From: a virus
Reading direction: 5' to 3' (one strand)
Virus record (IMG/VR): IMGVR_UViG_3300045988_154312
Location: 165,889-229,888 of that record
DNA length: 64,000 nucleotides
Part shown: positions 8,344 through 17,395 of the stretch, piece after piece
Layout: each line of letters starts with the position of its first letter
How positions within the stretch are numbered: position 1 is the stretch's first letter
Notes under the pieces: generated by a model
What the model was told of the DNA's origin: nothing
Databases searched by the model: none
What the model saw: the letters and a program-made list of their open reading frames with translations, nothing else
Translations under genes and position numbers: made by a program

Positions 8344-8354
8344 GGAGTAAAATT

Positions 8355-8669
8355 ATGGTACTAGAATTCTTAAGCGAAACCGATGCTCTTAATGCTTTTA
8401 CATTTCATGGACAAGATGTATTTAAAAGATTAAGAGAGCATCCATTATTCGTAGAAATTGAAAAAGAATATACACCGATAAAAGGCGAATCTATATTTAG
8501 TATCGGCTATGATTCTGGACTAGAAAATCGTTATGTTACACGATTTATTAAAATAAAACGATATAAGAATTATGTGCGATTAATTCCAGAAAACGATACA
8601 TATAATTGGATCGCAAAAGAATTAATCGATTTATTTATTTCCGATATGAAGTATAATGTTATTGTATAA
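8355..8669 (+). CDS. hypothetical protein
   Basis: 104-aa ORF; aaggag SD. Confidence 0.6.
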   Translation: MVLEFLSETDALNAFTFHGQDVFKRLREHPLFVEIEKEYTPIKGESIFSIGYDSGLENRYVTRFIKIKRYKNYVRLIPENDTYNWIAKELIDLFISDMKYNVIV

Positions 8670-8681
8670 GGAGTAAAAACT

Positions 8682-8891
8682 ATGAAAAATTACGACCATG
8701 TTATAAAAAACAAAATATTACCTGGCGGCAAGCTTATATCTGATTATCAGATTATGACAGGAAACGGCTTGAACGAAGTGGAGTTGGAATATATCGACGA
8801 AGTCGGTATTTTGCCAGTAGCCCCAAAAGATCAATGGATTATCCCGAAAGGCTACGTAGTTGATTTAGATGGCTGCGTTAAAAAAGCATGA
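8682..8891 (+). CDS. hypothetical protein
   Basis: 69-aa ORF; aaggag SD. Confidence 0.6.
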   Translation: MKNYDHVIKNKILPGGKLISDYQIMTGNGLNEVELEYIDEVGILPVAPKDQWIIPKGYVVDLDGCVKKA

Positions 8892-9196
8892 GAGATAAAA
8901 GTTACGCAATAGTATTTTATCACTATGATAAGAATAATAATTTTCATTACGGCGTTATTTCTTGTGAATACGGTTTTATGCGTCAATTATATTCTGCGTA
9001 TTATACATATATGACAGCTAGTATTGACTGTATGATTTCGATAATCGATGCTAACGAATTAAAGTATTTAGAAGAAATGGAACTAGCTTATGACGATCCA
9101 AATTATTATGCTAATGAAATACAAATGGCTATCGAAGAATGTAGCGTAACAGAATTGATTAAAAAATTAAATAAAAGAAGGGAAACTATACTATGA
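8888..9196 (+). CDS. hypothetical protein (internal LYSAYYTYM block resembling the YY motif)
   Basis: 102-aa ORF; ATGA start/stop overlap. Confidence 0.55.
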   Translation: MRDKSYAIVFYHYDKNNNFHYGVISCEYGFMRQLYSAYYTYMTASIDCMISIIDANELKYLEEMELAYDDPNYYANEIQMAIEECSVTELIKKLNKRRETIL

Positions 9197-9414
9197 AAAT
9201 ATTATTAGCAGGATTAATTATTGCTTTATTTACAGTATCAGCTATTGCCGCAAAAATATTAGGTATCGCAACAGTAATTGCTTTTGTATTAGCGTTAATC
9301 GGTTTATTCGATGTACAAATGAGTACGGCTATTAATTTATTATTATTAACAGTCGGCGCCGGAACTTTTGCAATTATTTTAATGGCTATCGGTAAAGTAT
9401 TAGCATTTAGATAA
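9193..9414 (+). CDS. small membrane protein (two hydrophobic helices)
   Basis: 73 aa, almost entirely hydrophobic. Confidence 0.6.
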   Translation: MKILLAGLIIALFTVSAIAAKILGIATVIAFVLALIGLFDVQMSTAINLLLLTVGAGTFAIILMAIGKVLAFR

Positions 9415-9415
9415 T

Positions 9416-9592
9416 ATGAATAAAAAACTATATCATGATATAACAAAACATATATATAGTATAAGTCTTAATAGAGATTTCGATAGATTTTTAATAGTAC
9501 TTAATCTTAATATAGATTTAACTAAAATATATGATAGCGAGATATACTATACTTTATATAAATATTATCTATATATAATGATTAAGATATAA
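9416..9592 (+). CDS. divergent short YY-tail family copy (58 aa, below the ORF-track cutoff)
   Basis: Own translation ...DSEIYYTLYKYYLYIMIKI. Confidence 0.4.
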   Translation: MNKKLYHDITKHIYSISLNRDFDRFLIVLNLNIDLTKIYDSEIYYTLYKYYLYIMIKI

Positions 9593-9602
9593 AAGGTTTT
9601 GT

Positions 9603-9800
9603 ATGAAAAATAGATTAGAACAGATCTTAGTAAATATTGAATACAATATGAGAAATGACTATTACTGCTATAGTATTATTAAAAAATATCGTATAAATAA
9701 TAATATTAGATTTAATCTTGGCGACGAAGATAGCTTTTTATTTGTCGATGAAAATTATTACTACTATTATATATATTTATGTATATTTAATATATCTTAG
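9603..9800 (+). CDS. YY-tail family member
   Basis: C-terminus ...DENYYYYYIYLCIFNIS. Confidence 0.65.
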   Translation: MKNRLEQILVNIEYNMRNDYYCYSIIKKYRINNNIRFNLGDEDSFLFVDENYYYYYIYLCIFNIS

Positions 9801-9827
9801 TATTAATATATATTTAACGAGGTGATT

Positions 9828-10442
9828 ATGAAAAGTTCAAACGATACGAGTTTAGATTACTCGTTAAAACATATGCTAAATAAAAACGACTATAAGATTG
9901 TGTATTATGGTCAACATATTATGAAAAATGACGATTGTTATTTGTATGACTATCATACAGAAATAGAGCATAAAAATAGTCCTTATCTTATTAGTATTTT
10001 TCGAGAAGGTAAGGCGTCGCGTTTTTACGAAGATAATAAAGATTATTATTTCGTAAAAATCGTAAATCAATTAAATAACGATCAAATATCTTATCAAAGA
10101 ATTAGCGAACGTTCTGAAGACGTAATTAAATATATCGTTAATAAATTATATGTTTTTAAAAATAATCAAGATATAGATTTATTAAAAGAATTTAAAGATC
10201 GATATACTAATATATTTGTTACAGAAGACAATAAAATATGTTTATTATTTGTTGCCAACAATAAATTCACAAATTTTATTATTAAATATGAAGACAAAGA
10301 ATATAAATTTATTATTTCGTTAGACGGTTGTGATAGAGCCGAAAGAACTGCTAATAATAGAATAGAATTAATTAATCGTATCGAAGAACGATTAATGGAA
10401 TTTGATGATATTACAGAAGGCATTAGGAGCGATATAAAATAA
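9828..10442 (+). CDS. hypothetical protein
   Basis: ORF track 9822..10442; the ATG at 9828 follows gaggtga. Confidence 0.6.
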   Translation: MKSSNDTSLDYSLKHMLNKNDYKIVYYGQHIMKNDDCYLYDYHTEIEHKNSPYLISIFREGKASRFYEDNKDYYFVKIVNQLNNDQISYQRISERSEDVIKYIVNKLYVFKNNQDIDLLKEFKDRYTNIFVTEDNKICLLFVANNKFTNFIIKYEDKEYKFIISLDGCDRAERTANNRIELINRIEERLMEFDDITEGIRSDIK

Positions 10443-10771
10443 TGGCTATTGAATTTAAATTTGATGAAGATATAAAGTTAATATATCAAGATTTTACGTA
10501 CGATATATTTATTGACGATCATTGCACAAAATATGAAATATATGATAGCGGAAATGCCGTAACTGGATATATTCGTTTATTTATATTAAATAAAGAAACT
10601 AATTATATTAAAATTCTTAACGATATTTTTATCGAAATTGATCGTAATAATAATTTTATCTATATAGATCGAGATAATATTAGAGATGAATTATATCTTG
10701 TCCAATTATTAGAATTGAACGAAATTAAAAAATCTATATATAACTATATCGACAATATATCAGGATATTAA
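10442..10771 (+). CDS. hypothetical protein
   Basis: 109-aa ORF; TAATG coupling. Confidence 0.55.
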   Translation: MAIEFKFDEDIKLIYQDFTYDIFIDDHCTKYEIYDSGNAVTGYIRLFILNKETNYIKILNDIFIEIDRNNNFIYIDRDNIRDELYLVQLLELNEIKKSIYNYIDNISGY

Positions 10772-10779
10772 TATGAAAA

Positions 10780-10986
10780 ATGAACGATAAAATAAGAAAA
10801 ATAATTTTTAATTATAATCTACAAATGCCTTGTGAACTTTATAATAAGTATATAATACGCTCAAATATGTATAATCGTATGATAATTTGTTTTAGTGCTA
10901 AACATAATTGTTCATCTAAAACAAAAGAATTATATGATTATTATATATTTTTAAATTGTATGGATATAATTAGACGAAATTACTAA
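10780..10986 (+). CDS. YY-tail family member (LPxELYNKYI subfamily)
   Basis: ...MPCELYNKYI...ELYDYYIFLNCMD. Confidence 0.65.
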   Translation: MNDKIRKIIFNYNLQMPCELYNKYIIRSNMYNRMIICFSAKHNCSSKTKELYDYYIFLNCMDIIRRNY

Positions 10987-11001
10987 TAAGGAGGCGATCA
11001 T

Positions 11002-11334
11002 ATGAACTTCGAATATAATAAAGAGAAATACATGTATAAAAATATTAAAGACGAATTACCATTCGATGATGATAGTTATATGTGGCGAAGTGATGAATAC
11101 GGGCTATATGGCGTTGAATTTTATCCGGTAGAAGCACCAGGATCAAACGGTAAATTAGCTCAATGCTTCGGAAAGAATTTAGCTTTAGAAAGTTATGCAT
11201 CTTACGATTCTATGTATTTAACAGAGAAATCTGCAATCGACTTCGAAATCGATAAGATTATTTTTAAAAATATCACGAATCAAAAAGAACTTAATTATAT
11301 GTATGAATTATTAATGTTAAAACAAAATGAATAG
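11002..11334 (+). CDS. hypothetical protein
   Basis: 110 aa; aaggagg SD. Confidence 0.6.
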   Translation: MNFEYNKEKYMYKNIKDELPFDDDSYMWRSDEYGLYGVEFYPVEAPGSNGKLAQCFGKNLALESYASYDSMYLTEKSAIDFEIDKIIFKNITNQKELNYMYELLMLKQNE

Positions 11335-11530
11335 TCAAAAAATAAAACTTTTAAGAAATACTTGTGAAGGCCATATTTTAAATTTGGATAATCATATATA
11401 TATAAAATATGCATTATCGACAAACATTGAAAAAGATGGACTTGACCGTATTGAATCTGACGATGTTCTTTTTATGGGTCTTAGTTTTATATATAATTAT
11501 TACATATATTTAAGTTATGTAGAATTATAA
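11327..11530 (+). CDS. YY-tail family member
   Basis: C-terminus ...LSFIYNYYIYLSYVEL. Confidence 0.65.
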   Translation: MNSQKIKLLRNTCEGHILNLDNHIYIKYALSTNIEKDGLDRIESDDVLFMGLSFIYNYYIYLSYVEL

Positions 11531-11544
11531 AAAGGATTAATAAT

Positions 11545-11874
11545 ATGTATAATAGTAATTGTTATTTAAATTTTAGGACTGATTTATTTGCCGACACTTT
11601 TTTTAACGTAATTCAAAAACATCATGACCTAGAAATTCGTTGTGAACAAGCATTATGGGTACCGTTCGATTATTTATTGTATAAGAATACTATTACAATA
11701 AAATATAAAAATCAATATAACGAAGAACTAACATTAATTCTCAATAAAGATAACGAAATAATAAAAGCAACGACCGTCGTTAAAGAAAAATATCCAGAAG
11801 ACGGCACCGATTCGTTTTATTTTATCAATGCATTTCAAGAAGTAATGTTCAACGATTATTTTTTAAAGGATTAA
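11545..11874 (+). CDS. hypothetical protein; tandem paralog of 11879..12196
   Basis: Both start with F-x-T-x-x-FA-x-x-F and end with FNDYFLKD / YNDYFIGE. Confidence 0.55.
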   Translation: MYNSNCYLNFRTDLFADTFFNVIQKHHDLEIRCEQALWVPFDYLLYKNTITIKYKNQYNEELTLILNKDNEIIKATTVVKEKYPEDGTDSFYFINAFQEVMFNDYFLKD

Positions 11875-11878
11875 TATT

Positions 11879-12196
11879 ATGTATATAAGATTTAAAACAA
11901 AAAAATTCGCTACTGAATTTATTGATGCAGTAAAAAAGAGCGCAGGAAAATCATTCTATTTTAAAGAATTCGGTACATGGGATTTTTATTATATCAACGA
12001 AAAAGAAAACGGAATCGTAATATCATATCGAAATAGAAAAACAGATTATATTATAATAATAAATATTTTTATTGATAAGTATATGAAAAATCAAATAATT
12101 TTTAATACGTACGAAGGATATGATTCTATATATACTCCGTTATTTTATAATGAATATAAACAATTATTTTATAACGATTATTTTATCGGTGAATAA
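11879..12196 (+). CDS. hypothetical protein; tandem paralog of 11545..11874
   Basis: See 11545..11874. Confidence 0.55.
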   Translation: MYIRFKTKKFATEFIDAVKKSAGKSFYFKEFGTWDFYYINEKENGIVISYRNRKTDYIIIINIFIDKYMKNQIIFNTYEGYDSIYTPLFYNEYKQLFYNDYFIGE

Positions 12197-12197
12197 A

Positions 12198-12650
12198 ATG
12201 GATGAACACATAATAGAAAATAAAAACTTTTGGGATATTATGTTTAATGAATTAGATAAGACTACCAATGAAGATTGGAAAAAATTTGTCGAAAAGCATG
12301 ACGAGGAAAGGAATAAAAAAATGGATAAACAATTATTTTTAAGATATCGAGATCATTTTGATAATCTTATCAGAGAAAAATATCTTCTCGACAACAAAAC
12401 ATATGACTTCGATAACTACGATATCGAAGATTTTGAATTTGAAAAATTAGATTTTTATTATGACGACGGCCGTGAATGTAAAATCGTAAAATACGATTGG
12501 GACGGCGAAGGAAAATGGTCTTATATTAATAACATTACAATTCGTTTTTCTAACGGCGAAATAATGGAGCACGTAAGCGGATATCATCTTTTCTTAACAG
12601 TAGAATCATTAGAAAAATATGGCTGGTTCTTTAAAGAAGACGACTATTAA
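12198..12650 (+). CDS. hypothetical protein; paralog of 7678..7998
   Basis: ATG at 12198 (MDEHIIENK...) within ORF 12120..12650; ...KIVKYDWDG...LFLTVESLEKYGWFFKEDDY. Confidence 0.6.
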   Translation: MDEHIIENKNFWDIMFNELDKTTNEDWKKFVEKHDEERNKKMDKQLFLRYRDHFDNLIREKYLLDNKTYDFDNYDIEDFEFEKLDFYYDDGRECKIVKYDWDGEGKWSYINNITIRFSNGEIMEHVSGYHLFLTVESLEKYGWFFKEDDY

Positions 12651-12664
12651 TAGTATTTTGTCAA

Positions 12665-12832
12665 ATGAACGATAAACTAATAAGAATGATAAATAAGTTT
12701 CATAGGCACCATTGTGAATCATATACTGGATATTATCGAACATATAGTATTAGATTTAATGTATCTCCTAACTATGTTAAATATATGCCCGATATATTAT
12801 TTCATTATTATGAGTATTATACTTATATATAA
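12665..12832 (+). CDS. divergent short YY-tail copy (55 aa)
   Basis: Own translation ...PDILFHYYEYYTYI. Confidence 0.35.
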   Translation: MNDKLIRMINKFHRHHCESYTGYYRTYSIRFNVSPNYVKYMPDILFHYYEYYTYI

Positions 12833-12843
12833 AGGAGAGATTT

Positions 12844-13056
12844 ATGAGATATAAAGTCGTATTTACTAAATTTAAAGGATTGAATCATTTCGAAGAAACC
12901 GAAAGTGCCAGCGACATAATCAAAGAATTCGTTAAACAAAACAATGCTTTAAAAATAAGAAATATTTTTACCGAAGATAATATTACCTTTGGTAAAGTTC
13001 AAGATCTCGATGGTTTTGATTACGGTATGATTATTATTAAAGAAGTTGCATCATGA
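12844..13056 (+). CDS. hypothetical protein
   Basis: 70 aa; aaggagag SD. Confidence 0.6.
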   Translation: MRYKVVFTKFKGLNHFEETESASDIIKEFVKQNNALKIRNIFTEDNITFGKVQDLDGFDYGMIIIKEVAS

Positions 13057-13238
13057 TTAAAATAATAAATCAAAAGTTAGTCGATGCCGTTTTTAAATAC
13101 GATGATTATGAGCCTAACGATCTTGTTCAATATTTAACGTGCGAAAATTTCGAAGAAAAATATTATACATATATGTATACTAATGGTGAATATTATTACT
13201 ATTTTTATCTATCAATAGGATTAATTTGTAATCTATAA
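13053..13238 (+). CDS. YY-tail family member
   Basis: C-terminus ...NGEYYYYFYLSIGLICNL. Confidence 0.6.
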   Translation: MIKIINQKLVDAVFKYDDYEPNDLVQYLTCENFEEKYYTYMYTNGEYYYYFYLSIGLICNL

Positions 13239-13262
13239 AAGCGAACATATATCCGCTTTTAA
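13238..13262 (+). terminator. weak candidate terminator
   Basis: aaagcg-loop-cgcttt followed by a T-run. Confidence 0.35.
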
Positions 13263-13297
13263 GAATTTATGCAGTTTAATAATAATAGCAGGATTTT

Positions 13298-13326
13298 TTG
13301 TAAAAAAAAGTATTTTATGATATAAT
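13298..13326 (+). promoter_or_regulatory. sigma70-like promoter
   Basis: TTGTAA (13298-13303), 17-nt spacer, TATAAT (13321-13326). Confidence 0.6.
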
Positions 13327-13359
13327 AAAAGGTTATGATATACTAATAAGGAGAATAAT

Positions 13360-13590
13360 ATGACTGAAAAAGAAGCAATAATTATCGAAGAAATATATTT
13401 AATAGAAAATTAATTAAAAGAAAAAACATTAGATTATTTTCTCGATAAATATTATGGCGGTAAAACCTTAGAAAAATTACAACCATTTCAACGAGAAAAA
13501 ATATTAAAATGGATGCAGTCATGTCTCGAAAACGAAGAGATGGCTCTCGATAATATTAGTAGTTGGGCTTTAGAACATGGATATTTCTAA
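13360..13590 (+). pseudogene. 77-codon reading frame interrupted by an in-frame TAA at 13411-13413
   Basis: aaggaga SD plus ATG 13360. Translation MTEKEAIIIEEIYLIEN*LKEKTLDYFLDKYYGGKTLEKLQPFQREKILKWMQSCLENEEMALDNISSWALEHGYF. Confidence 0.5.
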
Positions 13591-13593
13591 ATC

Positions 13594-13815
13594 ATGACTG
13601 ATAAATTTATAGAAAAAGTATACATTACGTTACAAATTAAAATATCGTTAGATATATTTAATCAGGATCTCGAGCGTTTTTTAATGGAAACAAATGCCAG
13701 AAAATTATATCGTATATATATTTTAACTAATAAAAATCAGAAATATGATGATTACTATGGCTATTATCTATACTTATTACTATGTACCGATACTTTATTG
13801 GAAGGAATAATATAA
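13594..13815 (+). CDS. YY-tail family member
   Basis: ...DDYYGYYLYLLLCTD. Confidence 0.6.
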   Translation: MTDKFIEKVYITLQIKISLDIFNQDLERFLMETNARKLYRIYILTNKNQKYDDYYGYYLYLLLCTDTLLEGII

Positions 13816-14015
13816 TGTATACTGATAAGCTAGTAAAATATATGTCTTTAAAAAACGATCAGTATTATAAAGACGGTAATACTAAATATCTTTCGCTTAA
13901 TAATTTAAATAATCCTAAAGCGATATTTTCATATAAAGCGTATCAGGATCAAGAAGGAATAGCATATAGTGCCAATATATACTACTGGTATTATCTATGC
14001 TTAATATTAATATGA
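13815..14015 (+). CDS. YY-tail family member
   Basis: ATG at 13815 (TAATG coupling) within ORF 13782..14015; ...YSANIYYWYYLCLILI. Confidence 0.6.
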   Translation: MYTDKLVKYMSLKNDQYYKDGNTKYLSLNNLNNPKAIFSYKAYQDQEGIAYSANIYYWYYLCLILI

Positions 14016-14218
14016 ATGGAAAAACAAATGAATTTAAGTTTTCATTAAAATTATTTGATCGTAAAATAAAAAGTAATAGCATATATATAAAATTAACACC
14101 AACAATTAATTGTCGAACAGTATATATTTTATTTATTAAAAATATAAAATATCGTAAATTATATTATTATTATATATATTATACATATTTATCATTATTA
14201 GATGTAGACACACTATGA
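14012..14218 (+). CDS. YY-tail family member
   Basis: ATG at 14012 (ATGA coupling); ...KLYYYYIYYTYLSLLDVDTL. Confidence 0.55.
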   Translation: MNGKTNEFKFSLKLFDRKIKSNSIYIKLTPTINCRTVYILFIKNIKYRKLYYYYIYYTYLSLLDVDTL

Positions 14219-14424
14219 AAGAATATCATTTATCAGAAATATTAAGGATATCTTATCTTGTATATACTAGATATAATCGTAAGTACGATATAGATCTTAA
14301 TCTTTTAATATGTAGAAAATTAAACAATACTGTCGTATATATAAATGAATATAACGACAAATATTCTGGTAACTTATATTATGATTATTATATATTTTTA
14401 TTGTTGTTAGGTAATATCGAATGA
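14215..14424 (+). CDS. YY-tail family member; intact paralog of pseudogene 6906..7115
   Basis: MKEYHLSEILRISYLVYTRYNRKYDIDLN...YSGNLYYDYYIFLLLLGNIE. Confidence 0.65.
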   Translation: MKEYHLSEILRISYLVYTRYNRKYDIDLNLLICRKLNNTVVYINEYNDKYSGNLYYDYYIFLLLLGNIE

Positions 14425-14615
14425 CTAATAAAATGATAAAAGAATTAAATATATATATGAATACAATACAGGATAGTAGGCATTTAAGTATGCGATATAT
14501 TAGAATACTTGATAATATATCGATGCTACCAACATATTTTAAATTTAATCGTGGCCCATGTCAGTATTTATCTTGGTATTTTTTATACTATTTTTATAAT
14601 CAGGAATTAAAATGA
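14421..14615 (+). CDS. divergent YY-tail family member
   Basis: ...YLSWYFLYYFYNQELK. Confidence 0.5.
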   Translation: MTNKMIKELNIYMNTIQDSRHLSMRYIRILDNISMLPTYFKFNRGPCQYLSWYFLYYFYNQELK

Positions 14616-14827
14616 TTGCGAACAATAAACTCGACGGCGTATTAGAATATTTTACAGAAGACATGTGTTATCATGACGAAATAGAGCCTGGTAGCGAACC
14701 ATTTTTAATGTTATATAATACACATGTTATTTTCGATTTAGATGACTGTCCAAATTTATATTATTACTATTATAGTTTTTATATATATGTTATGTTAATT
14801 AAGGAAGAAGGTCTATATGAAATTTAA
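14612..14827 (+). CDS. YY-tail family member
   Basis: ...NLYYYYYSFYIYVMLIKEEG. Confidence 0.6.
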   Translation: MIANNKLDGVLEYFTEDMCYHDEIEPGSEPFLMLYNTHVIFDLDDCPNLYYYYYSFYIYVMLIKEEGLYEI

Positions 14828-15029
14828 AGTATTACTATTAACAGTTCTGTTAGGTGTATCCGTATTAAGTATTAATGCATACGATTCCGATAAAAAAGAG
14901 TGTAATCAATATTTAGACTGTAAATATTATCAAAATGTGAATATTATTAACTTACATTATGAAAATGACGGAAAATCTGTTAAATTGGTACAACCTAATA
15001 ACAGTTTTCATTATAAAAAAACAAAATGA
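14817..15029 (+). CDS. small secreted protein (N-terminal signal peptide)
   Basis: MKFKVLLLTVLLGVSVLSINA|YD... Confidence 0.6.
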   Translation: MKFKVLLLTVLLGVSVLSINAYDSDKKECNQYLDCKYYQNVNIINLHYENDGKSVKLVQPNNSFHYKKTK

Positions 15030-15250
15030 TCAGCAAACAAAATAGAGCTCTGTCGATAACTTATCGAGGTATAAAATTATACGAGAATTTTAATAAATAT
15101 TCTATTGTTAATAATTTAAAAATTCACGACAAATTAACAAATATATGTGTATATAATGACAATGAACGCATGTTTAGTGCTAATATGTATTATAGTTATT
15201 ATGTTATATTACATTTAATTGACGAAAAATTTAAAAGGAGAAGGACATGA
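15026..15250 (+). CDS. YY-tail family member
   Basis: ...FSANMYYSYYVILHLIDEK. Confidence 0.6.
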   Translation: MISKQNRALSITYRGIKLYENFNKYSIVNNLKIHDKLTNICVYNDNERMFSANMYYSYYVILHLIDEKFKRRRT

Positions 15251-15714
15251 ATTGTGAGAAGAATTTGAAAATTAAGTCTTCGGGCTTAACAAAGTTGTTG
15301 CGATCTATGAATTACAATACGTCTGTCGTCGTTATTAAAACAGATTACGGTTATAAAACAACGTTAATGGCTTTACGTGACGATGGTAATTTTTTACAAT
15401 TAACAGTATGCTTAAATTATCATGGTAGCATTGTCGATACTATACATATTCGTATGAATAATACTAAGAAAGATTTAAAATACGAAGATTTTATTTATTT
15501 TAAAGCTAACGATCCGTATACTGAACGTAAGGACTTATCCGAAGCTATTGCTAATTTAATTATTAATACGAATAGAAAAGTCGATATGTTTTATACTTTT
15601 TCATTAAAAAATATTAAAACAGCCTTATTAGACCCAGTATTAATTAGACAATATTTATCTGTGCAACGACAAATGAATAGAATTACTAATACTATTAATG
15701 AAGTAAAGATTTAA
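15247..15714 (+). CDS. hypothetical protein
   Basis: 155-aa ORF; ATGA coupling. Confidence 0.6.
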   Translation: MNCEKNLKIKSSGLTKLLRSMNYNTSVVVIKTDYGYKTTLMALRDDGNFLQLTVCLNYHGSIVDTIHIRMNNTKKDLKYEDFIYFKANDPYTERKDLSEAIANLIINTNRKVDMFYTFSLKNIKTALLDPVLIRQYLSVQRQMNRITNTINEVKI

Positions 15715-15716
15715 AA

Positions 15717-15977
15717 ATGGTTTATAATATTATTAAATATAGCAGACATAATAACGATACATATGTATATATACAAAAAATGCCTGGCATTTATAATCGA
15801 AATCTAAGTTTATATTTTGCATATATATATAGTATATTCGACTTTAAGTTTCGATATAGTATTGTTAAAGATATAGATTTTCAAGCATATGTTAATTTTA
15901 GATTATTAGATGAAAGTATTAATCCTAAAAATGTCGACATCTTAAATATATTAAAGAGTAAAAATTATGAAATATAA
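15717..15977 (+). CDS. hypothetical protein; probable tandem paralog of 15967..16251
   Basis: Shared KMP...SLY[FI][AT]Y[IL] blocks. Confidence 0.5.
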   Translation: MVYNIIKYSRHNNDTYVYIQKMPGIYNRNLSLYFAYIYSIFDFKFRYSIVKDIDFQAYVNFRLLDESINPKNVDILNILKSKNYEI

Positions 15978-16251
15978 AATATTATTAAGAAAGATGCCAG
16001 TCGATGAATATGCCTATGAATTATGTTACGATGCTTTTAATAGTAATTTTAATAGTTCTTTATATATAACATATTTGTTGTTTAATATGTATCCAAAAAG
16101 TAGTGTATATTTAGTTAGCAATACAAAATTAGAGGCATTAGTGTCAATACCTACCCCTGATTATATATTTATGGAAGAGTTAGAAAAACATAATTTATTA
16201 AGTATTATAGAAAGAAATAAAGATGAATCTATTAAGCGAGACAGAATATAA
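15967..16251 (+). CDS. hypothetical protein; probable tandem paralog of 15717..15977
   Basis: See 15717..15977. Confidence 0.5.
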   Translation: MKYKILLRKMPVDEYAYELCYDAFNSNFNSSLYITYLLFNMYPKSSVYLVSNTKLEALVSIPTPDYIFMEELEKHNLLSIIERNKDESIKRDRI

Positions 16252-16588
16252 ATTAAAAGAGCTTGGCCTCACATTAGACGATATTCAGTTTGTGATGTGT
16301 ACGGAATCTGAATACGGTAGCGACTTTATTTTTATGAACAAAGATACGTTTATTGGAAAGGCTACCCTCGTTAATTACGATAATGGATATGGATCTCAAG
16401 AGATTAAAAATAACTTAACAATTTATACTAAGACTCATATCATTTATCGATTTGAATACGACGGAGCAGAATGCTGGAAATATATTCCGACAATTACTGG
16501 CCTTGACGAATTCTTACAGGATGAAAAAAACTGGAAAGAATTTAAGCTTGAATCAAAGGATTATTATGAAAAACAAATTCCGTTCTAG
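16223..16588 (+). CDS. hypothetical protein
   Basis: 121-aa ORF. Confidence 0.6.
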   Translation: MNLLSETEYKLKELGLTLDDIQFVMCTESEYGSDFIFMNKDTFIGKATLVNYDNGYGSQEIKNNLTIYTKTHIIYRFEYDGAECWKYIPTITGLDEFLQDEKNWKEFKLESKDYYEKQIPF

Positions 16589-16718
16589 AATTAATAAATG
16601 GATTAAAACTAAAATCTCATCAGTATTGCTTCCATATTATACATGGATAGTATTTGAAAAGCAGGAAAAAATTGGTGAAAAAAATTTAAATTATACCACA
16701 TTTATTTCTTTTTCTTAG
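16566..16718 (+). CDS. small hypothetical protein (50 aa)
   Basis: ATG at 16566 after aaagga, within alternative-frame ORF 16452..16718. Confidence 0.35.
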   Translation: MKNKFRSRINKWIKTKISSVLLPYYTWIVFEKQEKIGEKNLNYTTFISFS

Positions 16719-16779
16719 AAAAATATTTATAATTATAATAAAGAAGAGAAATAATTGTGGATTTTTTTATAGGAAAAAT

Positions 16780-17082
16780 ATGAGTGAAACATATATAATT
16801 TCGTCATATGCAAAAAATGATAGGGATCGATTATGTCGGTTTAAAACATATAAAGCTGATAATATGTTCGTTCGAGCATACCATCTAGCATATTATGTAT
16901 ATATTAGTTATGCGTATGAGAAATATCGTATTTGTATATATCCAGAAGGAACGATAGGCAATCGATACGATATAACGTTCGAGCAGATTGCTGAAATGTA
17001 CGATATTGTTCATTGTATTAAAAATAAAGAGTATAGCAAAAAAATGAATTCTAAAAAACGTAAGTGGTTGAAAATATTTTAG
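16780..17082 (+). CDS. hypothetical protein (internal AYHLAYYVYISYAY block)
   Basis: 100-aa ORF after a short intergenic gap. Confidence 0.55.
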   Translation: MSETYIISSYAKNDRDRLCRFKTYKADNMFVRAYHLAYYVYISYAYEKYRICIYPEGTIGNRYDITFEQIAEMYDIVHCIKNKEYSKKMNSKKRKWLKIF

Positions 17083-17092
17083 GAGGTATTTA

Positions 17093-17395
17093 ATGGGTTA
17101 TACGTTAAAACATAGTATTGAAAAAACTGCCAAAATTATTAATAATCTTGATATTAATCAGTTTAATGGCGATCGTCAAAACTATTATATTGAGTCAGTA
17201 GAGTTTGTTAACGAAGGTATATTCCCATCAATTCGTTTTATTATTAGAAATGACCAGACTGGTGCAATTGATAAACGTTGCGGTATGTTGCGCAAAATTC
17301 CGAATAGTAACGAAGTCGAATATCGTGACGGAACAGTTAAAATGTATGACGGTATCATCTGGACATTTTTAAAAGAAGCAGGTATAACATTATGA
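17093..17395 (+). CDS. hypothetical protein
   Basis: 100 aa; aggagg SD. Confidence 0.65.
   Translation: MGYTLKHSIEKTAKIINNLDINQFNGDRQNYYIESVEFVNEGIFPSIRFIIRNDQTGAIDKRCGMLRKIPNSNEVEYRDGTVKMYDGIIWTFLKEAGITL

Noticed and set aside
16700-16780. Promoter call in the 16719-16779 gap (two TATAAT hexamers)
   Set aside because: The -35 candidates (TTTCTT) are poor, and TATAAT strings are expected by chance in such TA-rich DNA, so this was not reported as a feature.
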